A DNA stretch of 64,000 bases from the sequence record MG655270.1. The stretch is one strand, 5' to 3'. The translations under genes were made by a program, and so were the position numbers. This document shows positions 27,754-36,516 of the stretch, piece by piece. Position 1 is the stretch's first letter. Each line of letters begins with the position of its first letter. The notes under the pieces are model-generated. The model worked only from the letters and a program-made list of their open reading frames with translations, was not told the origin of the DNA and did no database searches.

Positions 27754-28293
27754 ATGGACCACAATACCGCTCTTTGTACGTTAAACCCGAAAGTCTTGAT
27801 TCAGAATGAGTTGTATCGCTTCATTCGTCTGTATGCTTTGTTTAATGACTTGGATGTCCACGATGTGAACGCAATAACCAAGAAGATCAATTCTGGGGAT
27901 TGTGGTCTGGCGGCAATTACTGTGCACCACCTGCTAAAGGAAAAGTACAAACTGGATACGGATATCCTGATGTGCCGTAATCACTGTTGGCTGGCTTATC
28001 AGGAAGGTGAATACGATACGGCCTTTCCCGGCGGGTACACGAAACGGGTGGTGGAAGTCTGGGACGGAAGCCCGGATGAATCCGTCCACTATTTAACCTT
28101 TCAGGAAGCGTGTGATGAATGGATGCCAATGGATGTCAAAGGGGCTTACATTGTAAAAGCCTTCTGCGCCATCACGTGGACACAGTTTCCCAAAGAGCTT
28201 CAGCATTGCTTAGACAATGCGGACGAATATGAGATGCCGGGTATTGCAGCGCAGTACGAGGCGAAATGTAAATTTGTCACTGACAAGATGTAG
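27754..28293 (+). CDS. Putative papain/transglutaminase-fold Cys-His-Asp enzyme
   Basis: INSGDCG...HCW...G.YD; paralogue of 19597-20325. Confidence 0.5.
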   Translation: MDHNTALCTLNPKVLIQNELYRFIRLYALFNDLDVHDVNAITKKINSGDCGLAAITVHHLLKEKYKLDTDILMCRNHCWLAYQEGEYDTAFPGGYTKRVVEVWDGSPDESVHYLTFQEACDEWMPMDVKGAYIVKAFCAITWTQFPKELQHCLDNADEYEMPGIAAQYEAKCKFVTDKM

Positions 28294-28300
28294 GTGAATT

Positions 28301-28840
28301 ATGTCTGACGTTATCGTTATTCCTCGTTTAAGTGTAGTAAAAGGCGGATCGTATCAGCAGGTCAGTGGTGGTGTGTTAGCACAACTGCGACTTATCCTTG
28401 GTCCGGATATCCGCAACGTTGTGTTGCATGGCGCCCAGCGCAGTCATGCTAAGTTGTTAGTGGATGCCCTGCGGGCTGAGTACGAGCCCTTTGGTGTGAC
28501 GCTGCAGTTCAATGCCAAGCCGTTGTACGACACGCTGGATATCAGTTGGCCAGACAGTGATGCGGTGACGATCCTAACCCTTCGCCCTGAAGAGTTTGAT
28601 GTCGAAGCGCCGTTACGTCTGAGCCACGACACCCACATCGTGGTTATCAGCACCAAACCGATCCTGACCACCCAACTGCTCAATCTCTACGACCATGCCG
28701 TTATGAGCGGTGTGCACGTTACACTGTTCACCACTGGGTATGTTCCAGCCGGGATCGTGTTGCTTGAGCCGTTGGAAGGGTTTGTTTATCAGCCGATGAT
28801 TGACAACGTTATCAAGACACGGGCGATGGCACACGTGTAA
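28301..28840 (+). CDS. Hypothetical alpha/beta protein
   Basis: 179 aa, RBS aggtg. Confidence 0.6.
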   Translation: MSDVIVIPRLSVVKGGSYQQVSGGVLAQLRLILGPDIRNVVLHGAQRSHAKLLVDALRAEYEPFGVTLQFNAKPLYDTLDISWPDSDAVTILTLRPEEFDVEAPLRLSHDTHIVVISTKPILTTQLLNLYDHAVMSGVHVTLFTTGYVPAGIVLLEPLEGFVYQPMIDNVIKTRAMAHV

Positions 28841-28864
28841 TTGGCGACATAATCTGCTGTTTAT

Positions 28865-29284
28865 ATGTTAACCGGCCTCCTGGTTATTCCGGGAGGCTTT
28901 TATAGCAGCATTCATTTTTTATCGAGGTTGGGTATGGTTGGTATTGGCTTATCTATCTGCTTTCGTTTACGTGCAGAAGAAGTCGACCCTTTCTTGGTGG
29001 GGGTGTGTAATTACGATGTCCTGATCACCGAGGAGCGGGTGCCCAGTTTATTGAAAGAGTTGGAGGGGATGTTTAAGCGGGTGATGTATCGTTACGATCA
29101 TCAGTGTGATTTCAAACTGGAAGGTAACCTGCTGGAGATCGTGTTGCCGTTTCACCCTAACCCGTTTGAAGGAAAGCTTGCACCGGCAATCACCGTGCGC
29201 ATCCCTAAAGATGTGAACTATGCGGTGAATGGCTGTATGAAAGAAACCCATGAAGTGTTGTATCCGCTGACCAAAGCAGCTTAA
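28865..29284 (+). CDS. Hypothetical protein
   Basis: ORF; true start may be the ATG at about 28934 after gaggt. Confidence 0.55.
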   Translation: MLTGLLVIPGGFYSSIHFLSRLGMVGIGLSICFRLRAEEVDPFLVGVCNYDVLITEERVPSLLKELEGMFKRVMYRYDHQCDFKLEGNLLEIVLPFHPNPFEGKLAPAITVRIPKDVNYAVNGCMKETHEVLYPLTKAA

Positions 29285-29314
29285 AGAATTTATAAACCTA
29301 CATTACTCTCGTGA
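29284..29314 (+). promoter_or_regulatory. Phage promoter motif
   Basis: CCTACATTAC-tctc-GTGA with upstream AGA at 9-nt spacing. Confidence 0.7.
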
Positions 29315-29343
29315 TGTAAGATAATTAACTAAGTGGGTGCATT

Positions 29344-29961
29344 ATGGCCTGGAATGGGTATGTCCTGGAATTCTTGGGCAATGACCTCGGGAAGTATTAC
29401 CTGGGAATCAGTAACATCGATGCTAAGCAGCAAGATGAGTTGATGCTTGCAGCATTGCGTGCCGGTGGTCCTGCGCTACCAGTAGAGATCCAAACAGCCT
29501 ATAAACAGATGGCTGAGAAAGAAGTCTTGCTGTTTACCCATGTTCCGTTTAATGCGGAGTATGCGGTTGTGGAAGCCTGGCAGAATGATCACATTCATGC
29601 ACAGTCTCTGAAAGCACGTCGGTTTCGATTCTCGAGTCATCGACGAGAGACACTGTTCCAATGTATCAATGCCGAACAGATTGTCAGTAAGATAAAGCAA
29701 TTGCGCAGTCGAGTGACCGTGCAAGCCGGTATCCGTTTTGATGGCTTTTATCATCCACAACTGATGATGACTGACCAACAATGGGTGCAGGAGCTGGAGA
29801 TGCTCAATCAACTGCAATCGCTTTATTATTATCTGGGCGATTTCATTGAGTTCTTTGATGAAGAGTTCAAGGAGTTCAAAGGCACCGAAAGTGTCAAGGC
29901 GTTACCTTACCGCAATCCGTATTTCATCAACTTAGGATTGCAGTTAAGTCAGATGTGTTAA
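29344..29961 (+). CDS. Hypothetical protein
   Basis: 205 aa following promoter motif. Confidence 0.65.
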   Translation: MAWNGYVLEFLGNDLGKYYLGISNIDAKQQDELMLAALRAGGPALPVEIQTAYKQMAEKEVLLFTHVPFNAEYAVVEAWQNDHIHAQSLKARRFRFSSHRRETLFQCINAEQIVSKIKQLRSRVTVQAGIRFDGFYHPQLMMTDQQWVQELEMLNQLQSLYYYLGDFIEFFDEEFKEFKGTESVKALPYRNPYFINLGLQLSQMC

Positions 29962-30013
29962 CCCTCCTACCTTGGCCTATCATGGCCGCTTACTAAAGCA
30001 AAGAGAGATTACC

Positions 30014-30643
30014 ATGAATATCATCAACACTGTATGTGAACTGACCAACATCTCCATCGCCATCAGCATCACCCATGATGAGGAGGTGAACTCCACCCTG
30101 GTGGCATTGGATATCAACAATGTCCCGTTCTTCAGCTACCAGTGGGGTCAGGTAACCAAAGGTCAGCGTAAAGTCCAGCTGGGTGCTACAAGCCACGGGC
30201 TGAGTGCATTGTATCTGCACCTGCATCACAATGTCATCGACAGCCGTAACACCGACATCGCCCAGTGCTATCTCACCAACCGGGATGAGATCTTAGCCGT
30301 CGTGCGAGACCTGGGTGTGATCTTCAATGGCACTGAGTGGATTGAGAAACTCGATATCTCGCATTACCGTCTGGCAATCGAAGAGCAGTTCCCAGGGGAA
30401 ACCAAAGCAGTGATGGTGCTGACCAGCAAGGGCGATGAACACCGTGCGGCGTACACTTTCACTGCTAACAATTTAGGTGACCTTATGGGGACCGGGATCA
30501 AGCGGGGTGAAACGGTGGTGTTAAGCGGACATAACAGCCGGTTTGTTCACGACTACGCATCCACTGTAGTGCCGCCTCAGATCAGCGATGTCATCAGCAG
30601 TCATGCCGATACATTGAAAGCCCGTTTTCCGGCGTTAGTTTAA
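30014..30643 (+). CDS. Hypothetical protein
   Basis: Start reassigned to ATG after agaga. Confidence 0.6.
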   Translation: MNIINTVCELTNISIAISITHDEEVNSTLVALDINNVPFFSYQWGQVTKGQRKVQLGATSHGLSALYLHLHHNVIDSRNTDIAQCYLTNRDEILAVVRDLGVIFNGTEWIEKLDISHYRLAIEEQFPGETKAVMVLTSKGDEHRAAYTFTANNLGDLMGTGIKRGETVVLSGHNSRFVHDYASTVVPPQISDVISSHADTLKARFPALV

Positions 30644-30676
30644 TCTCCCCTTTTCCTTCTATTTAGAGAAACCGTT

Positions 30677-32317
30677 ATGCACATTCAAGATATGACCTTC
30701 CGCATTCTCGTGGCTACCGATACCGCTGTTTCATCTACCGGGAACGTTTTGTATCTCGTTAATCAAAATGATGAGGTGGTCATCGAACACTCCATCACCG
30801 ATGAAACATTAAACGACATCAGTAATGGCGGGGATTACGATAGCGACGAGTTTAAGAAAGCGGCGGCGGCTTATCTGTATACTTGTTACTTGTATACGCG
30901 CGACTACCCTGAAGGTAAAGGTGCGGCAAGCTATGACTTCCATCGCACTGCAGGTATTATTCTGATGCAGTTTGTTGAAGAAGAAAGTCTTGGTGAATTC
31001 GAACCCGATGACTGGAACCTGGCAGAGGTCATGGTCCCTGGGTTACCAGAAAGCACCCGGGCCTTCGTATTCAGTAATGACGGCTCTGACATTAACATCC
31101 GTATCTATCGTCAAGACCGTGGGTTGGTGAACGATCGTCTGTTCACCTATGGTGATGAAGAGACGGTTCCTTCTATTGAAGAGATGCTTGCGCAATGGGA
31201 TGCTGATGTCGCTCCTACCGCCGATCCGGTACAGGAAAACGCAGCCAGCATCTCGTTTGGCGACGTCTCCTTTATTTACACCCTGGACATGAGCAAGGAA
31301 GGACGCGAGCAACGTAAAGCTATCATGCAGGTGGTAATTGGTGAGCGCCTGGTGGCACAGCAGAAAGTCCATGAGAACACCCAACCGCTCATGTATTACA
31401 TGATGGAAGTGTTCAACATGCTGGCGCTGCGCATGACAGTGGGTCCGGTAGAAGGCATTAATGCTCAAGACCGGGTAACCTTACTGACGGCTATCAGCGG
31501 GTTTGTGGGCGGGCATTTAGCGATGCCTGATCAGGTGCAAATCGCAGAAGGTATGCAGTACATGCACGAAGGTGCGATCAGTGATGAGGTAACCTACATG
31601 GTTTCACATCAGTTGATTGCCGACAACCATCTGCGGGCAACCTACCAGTTCAATACCGTGGTCGATGAAACGATGCGTCGTTCAATCACCATGTGTGATG
31701 AAGTGAGCTACCTGGAAAACCCGATGAGTCCACAGGCGTTCTTCACTGCGTATCAGGCAGACCTCAGTCGTGAGCTGAAACTATCTCGGTTGTTTGACAT
31801 CGCAATGATTGCGGCCATCGATCGGGGTCAGGGTCTCGGTAAAGATAACGAACTGCTGTACCGTATCAAAGAAGACATGAAGTACTTCAAAGAGATGACA
31901 CTGCATTCACCGGTGATCATGGGACGGAAAACGTATGAGTCGTTACCGAACCCGTTGGTAGATCGCCTGAACATCGTTATCACTACTGCTCCGACCAACA
32001 CCTATACCACCCGCTCAGGTGTGGTGTTCGTCAACAGCAAAGAAGAAGCCCTGCTGCACGCGAAGGGTTATCTGGCTGAACACGGCGGTGATAAGATCTG
32101 GATTATCGGGGGTGCGAGTATCTATGCTGCATTCCTGCCAGATGCCAAAGAGATCCACCTGACCACCATCGGTACTGAACGTGAAGATGCTGATACGTTC
32201 TTCCCGGAAGTTGATCTGCGTCAGTTTAACGCTGCACGTCAGTTTGAGGAAGACCAGGTGTTCGAGCGTGAAGGTGAAACCTTTGGCTACAACCGCGTCA
32301 TCCTGACCCGTAAGTAA
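30677..32317 (+). CDS. Unknown N-terminal domain fused to dihydrofolate reductase
   Basis: C-terminal about 170 aa: MIAA....G.G.DN.L..R..EDM.YF, VIMGRKT.ESLP..L..R.NIV, IIGG..IY, ADTFFP. Confidence 0.88.
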   Translation: MHIQDMTFRILVATDTAVSSTGNVLYLVNQNDEVVIEHSITDETLNDISNGGDYDSDEFKKAAAAYLYTCYLYTRDYPEGKGAASYDFHRTAGIILMQFVEEESLGEFEPDDWNLAEVMVPGLPESTRAFVFSNDGSDINIRIYRQDRGLVNDRLFTYGDEETVPSIEEMLAQWDADVAPTADPVQENAASISFGDVSFIYTLDMSKEGREQRKAIMQVVIGERLVAQQKVHENTQPLMYYMMEVFNMLALRMTVGPVEGINAQDRVTLLTAISGFVGGHLAMPDQVQIAEGMQYMHEGAISDEVTYMVSHQLIADNHLRATYQFNTVVDETMRRSITMCDEVSYLENPMSPQAFFTAYQADLSRELKLSRLFDIAMIAAIDRGQGLGKDNELLYRIKEDMKYFKEMTLHSPVIMGRKTYESLPNPLVDRLNIVITTAPTNTYTTRSGVVFVNSKEEALLHAKGYLAEHGGDKIWIIGGASIYAAFLPDAKEIHLTTIGTEREDADTFFPEVDLRQFNAARQFEEDQVFEREGETFGYNRVILTRK

Positions 32318-32372
32318 TTTAACCCCCTGGGGAGGCAACTCCCCATTCTTGTCTATAAAGGAAACATTTCTC

Positions 32373-33005
32373 ATGGCGATTGAAAAAGCAGCAGTACCGG
32401 CAAACGTAGTCGAGATCACTGGCAAGACCCTGGACCAGGCCCGCGGTGATATCCCGAACGCTATCATGTTGCTGGACAGCAATACGGTCGATGTGCGCTA
32501 CACCCCGGCATTCAATAAACTGCCTGCAGATTTGCAGCACGTCATCCTGGTTGCACAGACCGGCAACCCAGTGATCTCATTAGAGCGCCCACTGGATGCG
32601 ACCGGAAAGGTTGATGCGACCAACCCGAACATGGTGATTGCCGCGGCAGTCCAGCAAGATGGTCAGCCACTAGGGATCTATCATCCAGCCTTGATGGGTC
32701 GTCTGCGTCAGATTCCAAATGGCTATCTGCTTTATACTCACTATCACACTAACAGTAAAGCAGACTTCTCTTATCCGGCGTTTGAGAAAGCCTTGGCGGA
32801 ATATTGCATGCTGGCGTTTGCGTTAGGTACGAAAGAGCAACCGGTGGTAATTAACATGCCCGGTCTGCAATGTGCCAATAGCTTCGTCTGGGAAGAGGTC
32901 AACGGTGAACGTGTCCCAACACTGAGCCCGCGTCATCTTGAGCGTGTGAAAGAAGTGATTGCTAACACCATGTTCGCCGGGTCAACGGTTTATCTGGTGC
33001 TGTGA
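32373..33005 (+). CDS. Divergent macro-domain-like protein
   Basis: LYTHY...FSY.A.EKAL....INMPGL.C....WEEV...V.EVI...V.LV resembles the macro C-terminal half. Confidence 0.45.
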   Translation: MAIEKAAVPANVVEITGKTLDQARGDIPNAIMLLDSNTVDVRYTPAFNKLPADLQHVILVAQTGNPVISLERPLDATGKVDATNPNMVIAAAVQQDGQPLGIYHPALMGRLRQIPNGYLLYTHYHTNSKADFSYPAFEKALAEYCMLAFALGTKEQPVVINMPGLQCANSFVWEEVNGERVPTLSPRHLERVKEVIANTMFAGSTVYLVL

Positions 33006-33196
33006 TGAAAGCGTGTCCCCTCTGTGCTTCACCGGGTAAGACCTACAAATACGCGTTAGTGTTCTGGGGTGTGCGTTGTACCAGTTGCATGCTGTTCCTC
33101 AAAGATATGAACACCTCTGAGGCAGCGGCTATTCGTCAGTGGGATACACGCATTACCCCCGAAGAGAAAGCAGCAAAGAAACGCAAGAAAGCTTAA
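33002..33196 (+). CDS. Lar-like restriction-alleviation zinc-finger protein
   Basis: KACPLC...VRCTSC...EAAAIRQWDTR. Confidence 0.65.
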   Translation: MMKACPLCASPGKTYKYALVFWGVRCTSCMLFLKDMNTSEAAAIRQWDTRITPEEKAAKKRKKA

Positions 33197-33217
33197 CCCC
33201 TGGATAAAGGAGTTGTC

Positions 33218-33532
33218 GTGCTGAAAAGAACAGTACTGAGTTTGGTCACCTGCTTTATGCTATCGGGCTGCGGAATGGCAGAATCCGAAGATGTACCGGT
33301 CAAATCGGTTGAGGGTGTTGTGATCAGCGATGAGGTCTGTCAAGTCGGTCAAAAGTGCGAGGCAGTGATTGCCCGCGATCAAACCGCCTGGACATACCAG
33401 ATTGCAGAAGGGCCTTTTAAGAAAGGCACGGTGCTTTATAAAGCGTGTGCATATCACCGTACACACGAGCGCTGCAGTTCGGTCTGGTCACCCACTCCTG
33501 ATCGGTTTATTCCGCCGGAGTCAAAGAACTAA
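33218..33532 (+). CDS. Lipoprotein
   Basis: Lipobox LSGC after a hydrophobic signal; RBS aaggag. Confidence 0.7.
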   Translation: MLKRTVLSLVTCFMLSGCGMAESEDVPVKSVEGVVISDEVCQVGQKCEAVIARDQTAWTYQIAEGPFKKGTVLYKACAYHRTHERCSSVWSPTPDRFIPPESKN

Positions 33533-33592
33533 GTTGTAACCACGGCGTGTCATGCGCCGTTTTAATTTAACCCTGCTGTAAGGTAACTCACC

Positions 33593-34681
33593 ATGAAAGA
33601 CTCAGAACACCAAGATACTACAATTGATAATGTCTCTCCGTATGCGGGGGAACTGGCGGACCTGATTGAAGAGTTTGTGGCAGACCGATTTACCTTAATG
33701 GATGATGCGGTTCTTGAATCCCTTTATGCCGACTTACCGGATGTCACCTATTTGAAAGGTGTGGTGAAAGGCTTACGTCGAAACCTGATGCGACAGGCAG
33801 CATCGATCAATGTCGAAGACGCATACCCGAAAGTTATGCTGTTTAAAGAACAACCGTTAACCGCTGAGGATATCAAAGAGATTATCCAGGCCGATTGCCC
33901 GGACATGCCGGCGGATGAAGTTACACAAACCGTAACAGAAGTCATGACGGCAACTGATGAAGACGACGATGACGATAATAGCGAAGCGCTGCGTCTACGG
34001 GAAAGCAACAAACTCGAACATATCCCAAGCCTTGATGAACTCATGCAAGCGGATGGGAAAGGCTGGGGTTCGGTGAGTGCGGTGATCACACCCCCGCCAG
34101 TCATTGAACCTGCTCGTCCTGCAAGACCCTCGCGTGCTGAGCGCTTTGGCACCTCAAATGTTGAGTTAGCTGAATTACTGAGTCAGGCCAAGCCGGGCAG
34201 TGTGTTCTCTGTTGACACCATTAAATCTGCAAAAGATAAAAACCTGGTGCTGGTGAAATCCCCCGAGACAAAACACTTTGAACCCCTGCGTCTGTTAGAG
34301 CGTTCTGATCCGCAATATTACCAATACATGTGGCCAGCATTATTCGAAGCCCTGGAGGCTGTGTTGAATGACACAAGCTTAACGGTGAATCGGATGCGTC
34401 GTCTGGATGAAGAGATGCTTGCACGCTTTGGTGATACCTTAGCTGCCGCGGTCACGACTATCCTGAGTATTGGTAATCACGATCTGTTGATTAAAGAGAA
34501 CGTCAACTATTTCATGCAGCAGTGTAATGACCGTGGACTGGATATCAAACTCTATATGGGTGCTAAGGTTTATAAGCAAGGTCGCTGGATTAACACCTGG
34601 ATCGACGCAGCATTACAAACCCCTAAAGGCAAGTTTATCTTTGGTACCCCGGAGGTGGATGTGGTATGGCAAGCGAAATGA
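33593..34681 (+). CDS. Acidic hypothetical protein
   Basis: 362 aa, RBS aaggt. Confidence 0.7.
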   Translation: MKDSEHQDTTIDNVSPYAGELADLIEEFVADRFTLMDDAVLESLYADLPDVTYLKGVVKGLRRNLMRQAASINVEDAYPKVMLFKEQPLTAEDIKEIIQADCPDMPADEVTQTVTEVMTATDEDDDDDNSEALRLRESNKLEHIPSLDELMQADGKGWGSVSAVITPPPVIEPARPARPSRAERFGTSNVELAELLSQAKPGSVFSVDTIKSAKDKNLVLVKSPETKHFEPLRLLERSDPQYYQYMWPALFEALEAVLNDTSLTVNRMRRLDEEMLARFGDTLAAAVTTILSIGNHDLLIKENVNYFMQQCNDRGLDIKLYMGAKVYKQGRWINTWIDAALQTPKGKFIFGTPEVDVVWQAK

Positions 34682-34983
34682 TTGAATGGGAAAAGCTCTT
34701 TAACTCACTAAAAGCGATTGAACAAAGCGACCAGGTCTGTGATTTACCGACGCGCAATCTGTCGGTCATGATGGCACAGCGGCGCCTCAAGGCTGGATTG
34801 CAACGCGCAGTGAAACGGGTGGACGCGATCATGAGCGCACAGGTACAAACCGACGAAGCGTACGATGAACTGATGCATCGACTGCAAGTGCTGGCATTGC
34901 CTGTCACTGTGACGCGCTTTACCGGTGGGAAGTGGAATCATGGAGTGATCAGAACCAAGAAAGGTACGATCATGTATGGTTAG
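34666..34983 (+). CDS. Hypothetical protein
   Basis: 105 aa, RBS ggagg, overlaps both neighbours. Confidence 0.55.
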   Translation: MASEMIEWEKLFNSLKAIEQSDQVCDLPTRNLSVMMAQRRLKAGLQRAVKRVDAIMSAQVQTDEAYDELMHRLQVLALPVTVTRFTGGKWNHGVIRTKKGTIMYG

Positions 34984-35296
34984 AAATAACGTTGTCTCTA
35001 TTTATAAACCGACGTTTCGTAAACGTCTCGCTGTCGACCCGATGGTAGTCATCACCGAGTTGCAGCATGTCTTTACAGTGATTGAACTGTGTAAAGCATC
35101 TAACAAATATGACCATCGTGTGTATGGTAAATTGCTGAAAGATGAGGTACAATTAGTTCGTGACTGTGCAGCGGTGCTTGTACGACATGTGCAGACACCA
35201 TCCATCGTGCAGATGTTGCAAACCGCAATTACCCACGAGAAGCCGGTTGAGTTGATTGCAGCCCGACACGGTGAGTTTTTACAATTGATAAATTAA
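34976..35296 (+). CDS. Hypothetical protein
   Basis: 106 aa. Confidence 0.55.
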   Translation: MVRNNVVSIYKPTFRKRLAVDPMVVITELQHVFTVIELCKASNKYDHRVYGKLLKDEVQLVRDCAAVLVRHVQTPSIVQMLQTAITHEKPVELIAARHGEFLQLIN

Positions 35297-35322
35297 CCCC
35301 TGAGTATAAGGAAAATAAAAAT

Positions 35323-35613
35323 ATGGCTAAGAAGATTACCGCAGCAGCTTTAGAGAAAGACATCTTTGATCACGAAGGCATCCGTGTCATCTTCCGTGTA
35401 CCAACTGGTAAGCGCATTGCTGAACAGAAATACACTGAAGTCTTCACGAATCGTTCGCCAAAGAACTACACGTTAAAAACCTTACGCGAACGCATTGTCC
35501 GTGTGGTGGGCGAGAACATTGAGTTCTCCATCATCACAGGCGGTGGCGAGATTGCAAACGGCAATTACAAGATCGGTAACTTACGCACCACCTACGAAGT
35601 AATCGAAGAGTAA
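35323..35613 (+). CDS. Small conserved-looking beta/alpha protein
   Basis: 96 aa; IFDHEGIRV...G...NGNYKIGNLRTTY; RBS aagga. Confidence 0.65.
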   Translation: MAKKITAAALEKDIFDHEGIRVIFRVPTGKRIAEQKYTEVFTNRSPKNYTLKTLRERIVRVVGENIEFSIITGGGEIANGNYKIGNLRTTYEVIEE

Positions 35614-35618
35614 TAGAC

Positions 35619-35668
35619 GGCATAAGAGGAGGAGCATTTGCTCCTCCTCTGTTTATGCTGCTTTTTTT
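35619..35668. terminator. Bidirectional terminator with the TTATGC motif on both strands
   Basis: GGCATAA-gaggaggagc-attt-gctcctcctc-tg-TTTATGCTG between convergent genes. Confidence 0.8.
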
Positions 35669-36507
35669 TATCCCGCGACTACAGTCTGGTCGGCAGTTAA
35701 TGCAGAAGGGAAGCTTCGACCTTTACCCCAGATGATACGAATCCCGCCTGTACCTGGTGTATACGCACCTCCCATCCCAGCGGCGCCACCGAATCGCCCA
35801 CCGGTACCACCATTTGCGGCTGTACCGGCAGACCCGGCTTTACCAAACTGCGTAATTGTACCACCTGCTCCGGATGTGCTGCCGATTGAGATATCCCCAC
35901 TGGTACCTTCGCCGTAGAGACCAACACCCCCGCCCCCGGCACCATAACGGTTACCGTTGTAAGACCAACCAGCACCACCGCCGCCGCCACCTCCTTTACC
36001 GGCCTGACCATCCACTGTAGGACAACCACCCATTCCGCCATCACCGGAGTAGCCACCCGCGCCACCACCGCCGTTATTGGTGCCGGCAGTCTGTCCACCC
36101 AACCCACCGTTTCCACCACCGAGAAGAGGCAGACTAATGGGAGTGCTGGTACTGGTCGAATCACCACCTCTGGCTAACAACAAGACCGTATTACCCCTTA
36201 GCAGTTTACTGTCGTTACCGGTCATGTCACCAACGATCAGGGTCAGAACTTCACCCGGGGTCACTTTCAAACGGTTGACATAACGTAGATCACCACCACG
36301 CGCACCGATATGAGGTGTACCGGTAAGTCCTTTGCCACCCGAGCCAACAGCCACAGCACAGATATCAAACACACCGGCAGGTACCGTCCAAGAGGTGGTT
36401 CCGCTGGTTGCAAATATCTGCTGACCTACCGCAGTGGTGTCACTATCCGGTAACGGACCTCCCCCGGATACTGGTCGGTAACTTGAGTTCAGTAACAGTT
36501 CAAACAC
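35668..36507 (-). CDS. Glycine-rich virion structural / tail-appendage protein
   Basis: MFELLL start; WTVPAGV.DICAVAVG; IWGKGRSFP; paralogue of 23391-24173. Confidence 0.75.
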   Translation of the reverse strand: MFELLLNSSYRPVSGGGPLPDSDTTAVGQQIFATSGTTSWTVPAGVFDICAVAVGSGGKGLTGTPHIGARGGDLRYVNRLKVTPGEVLTLIVGDMTGNDSKLLRGNTVLLLARGGDSTSTSTPISLPLLGGGNGGLGGQTAGTNNGGGGAGGYSGDGGMGGCPTVDGQAGKGGGGGGGAGWSYNGNRYGAGGGGVGLYGEGTSGDISIGSTSGAGGTITQFGKAGSAGTAANGGTGGRFGGAAGMGGAYTPGTGGIRIIWGKGRSFPSALTADQTVVAG

Positions 36508-36516
36508 GGTAACTCC

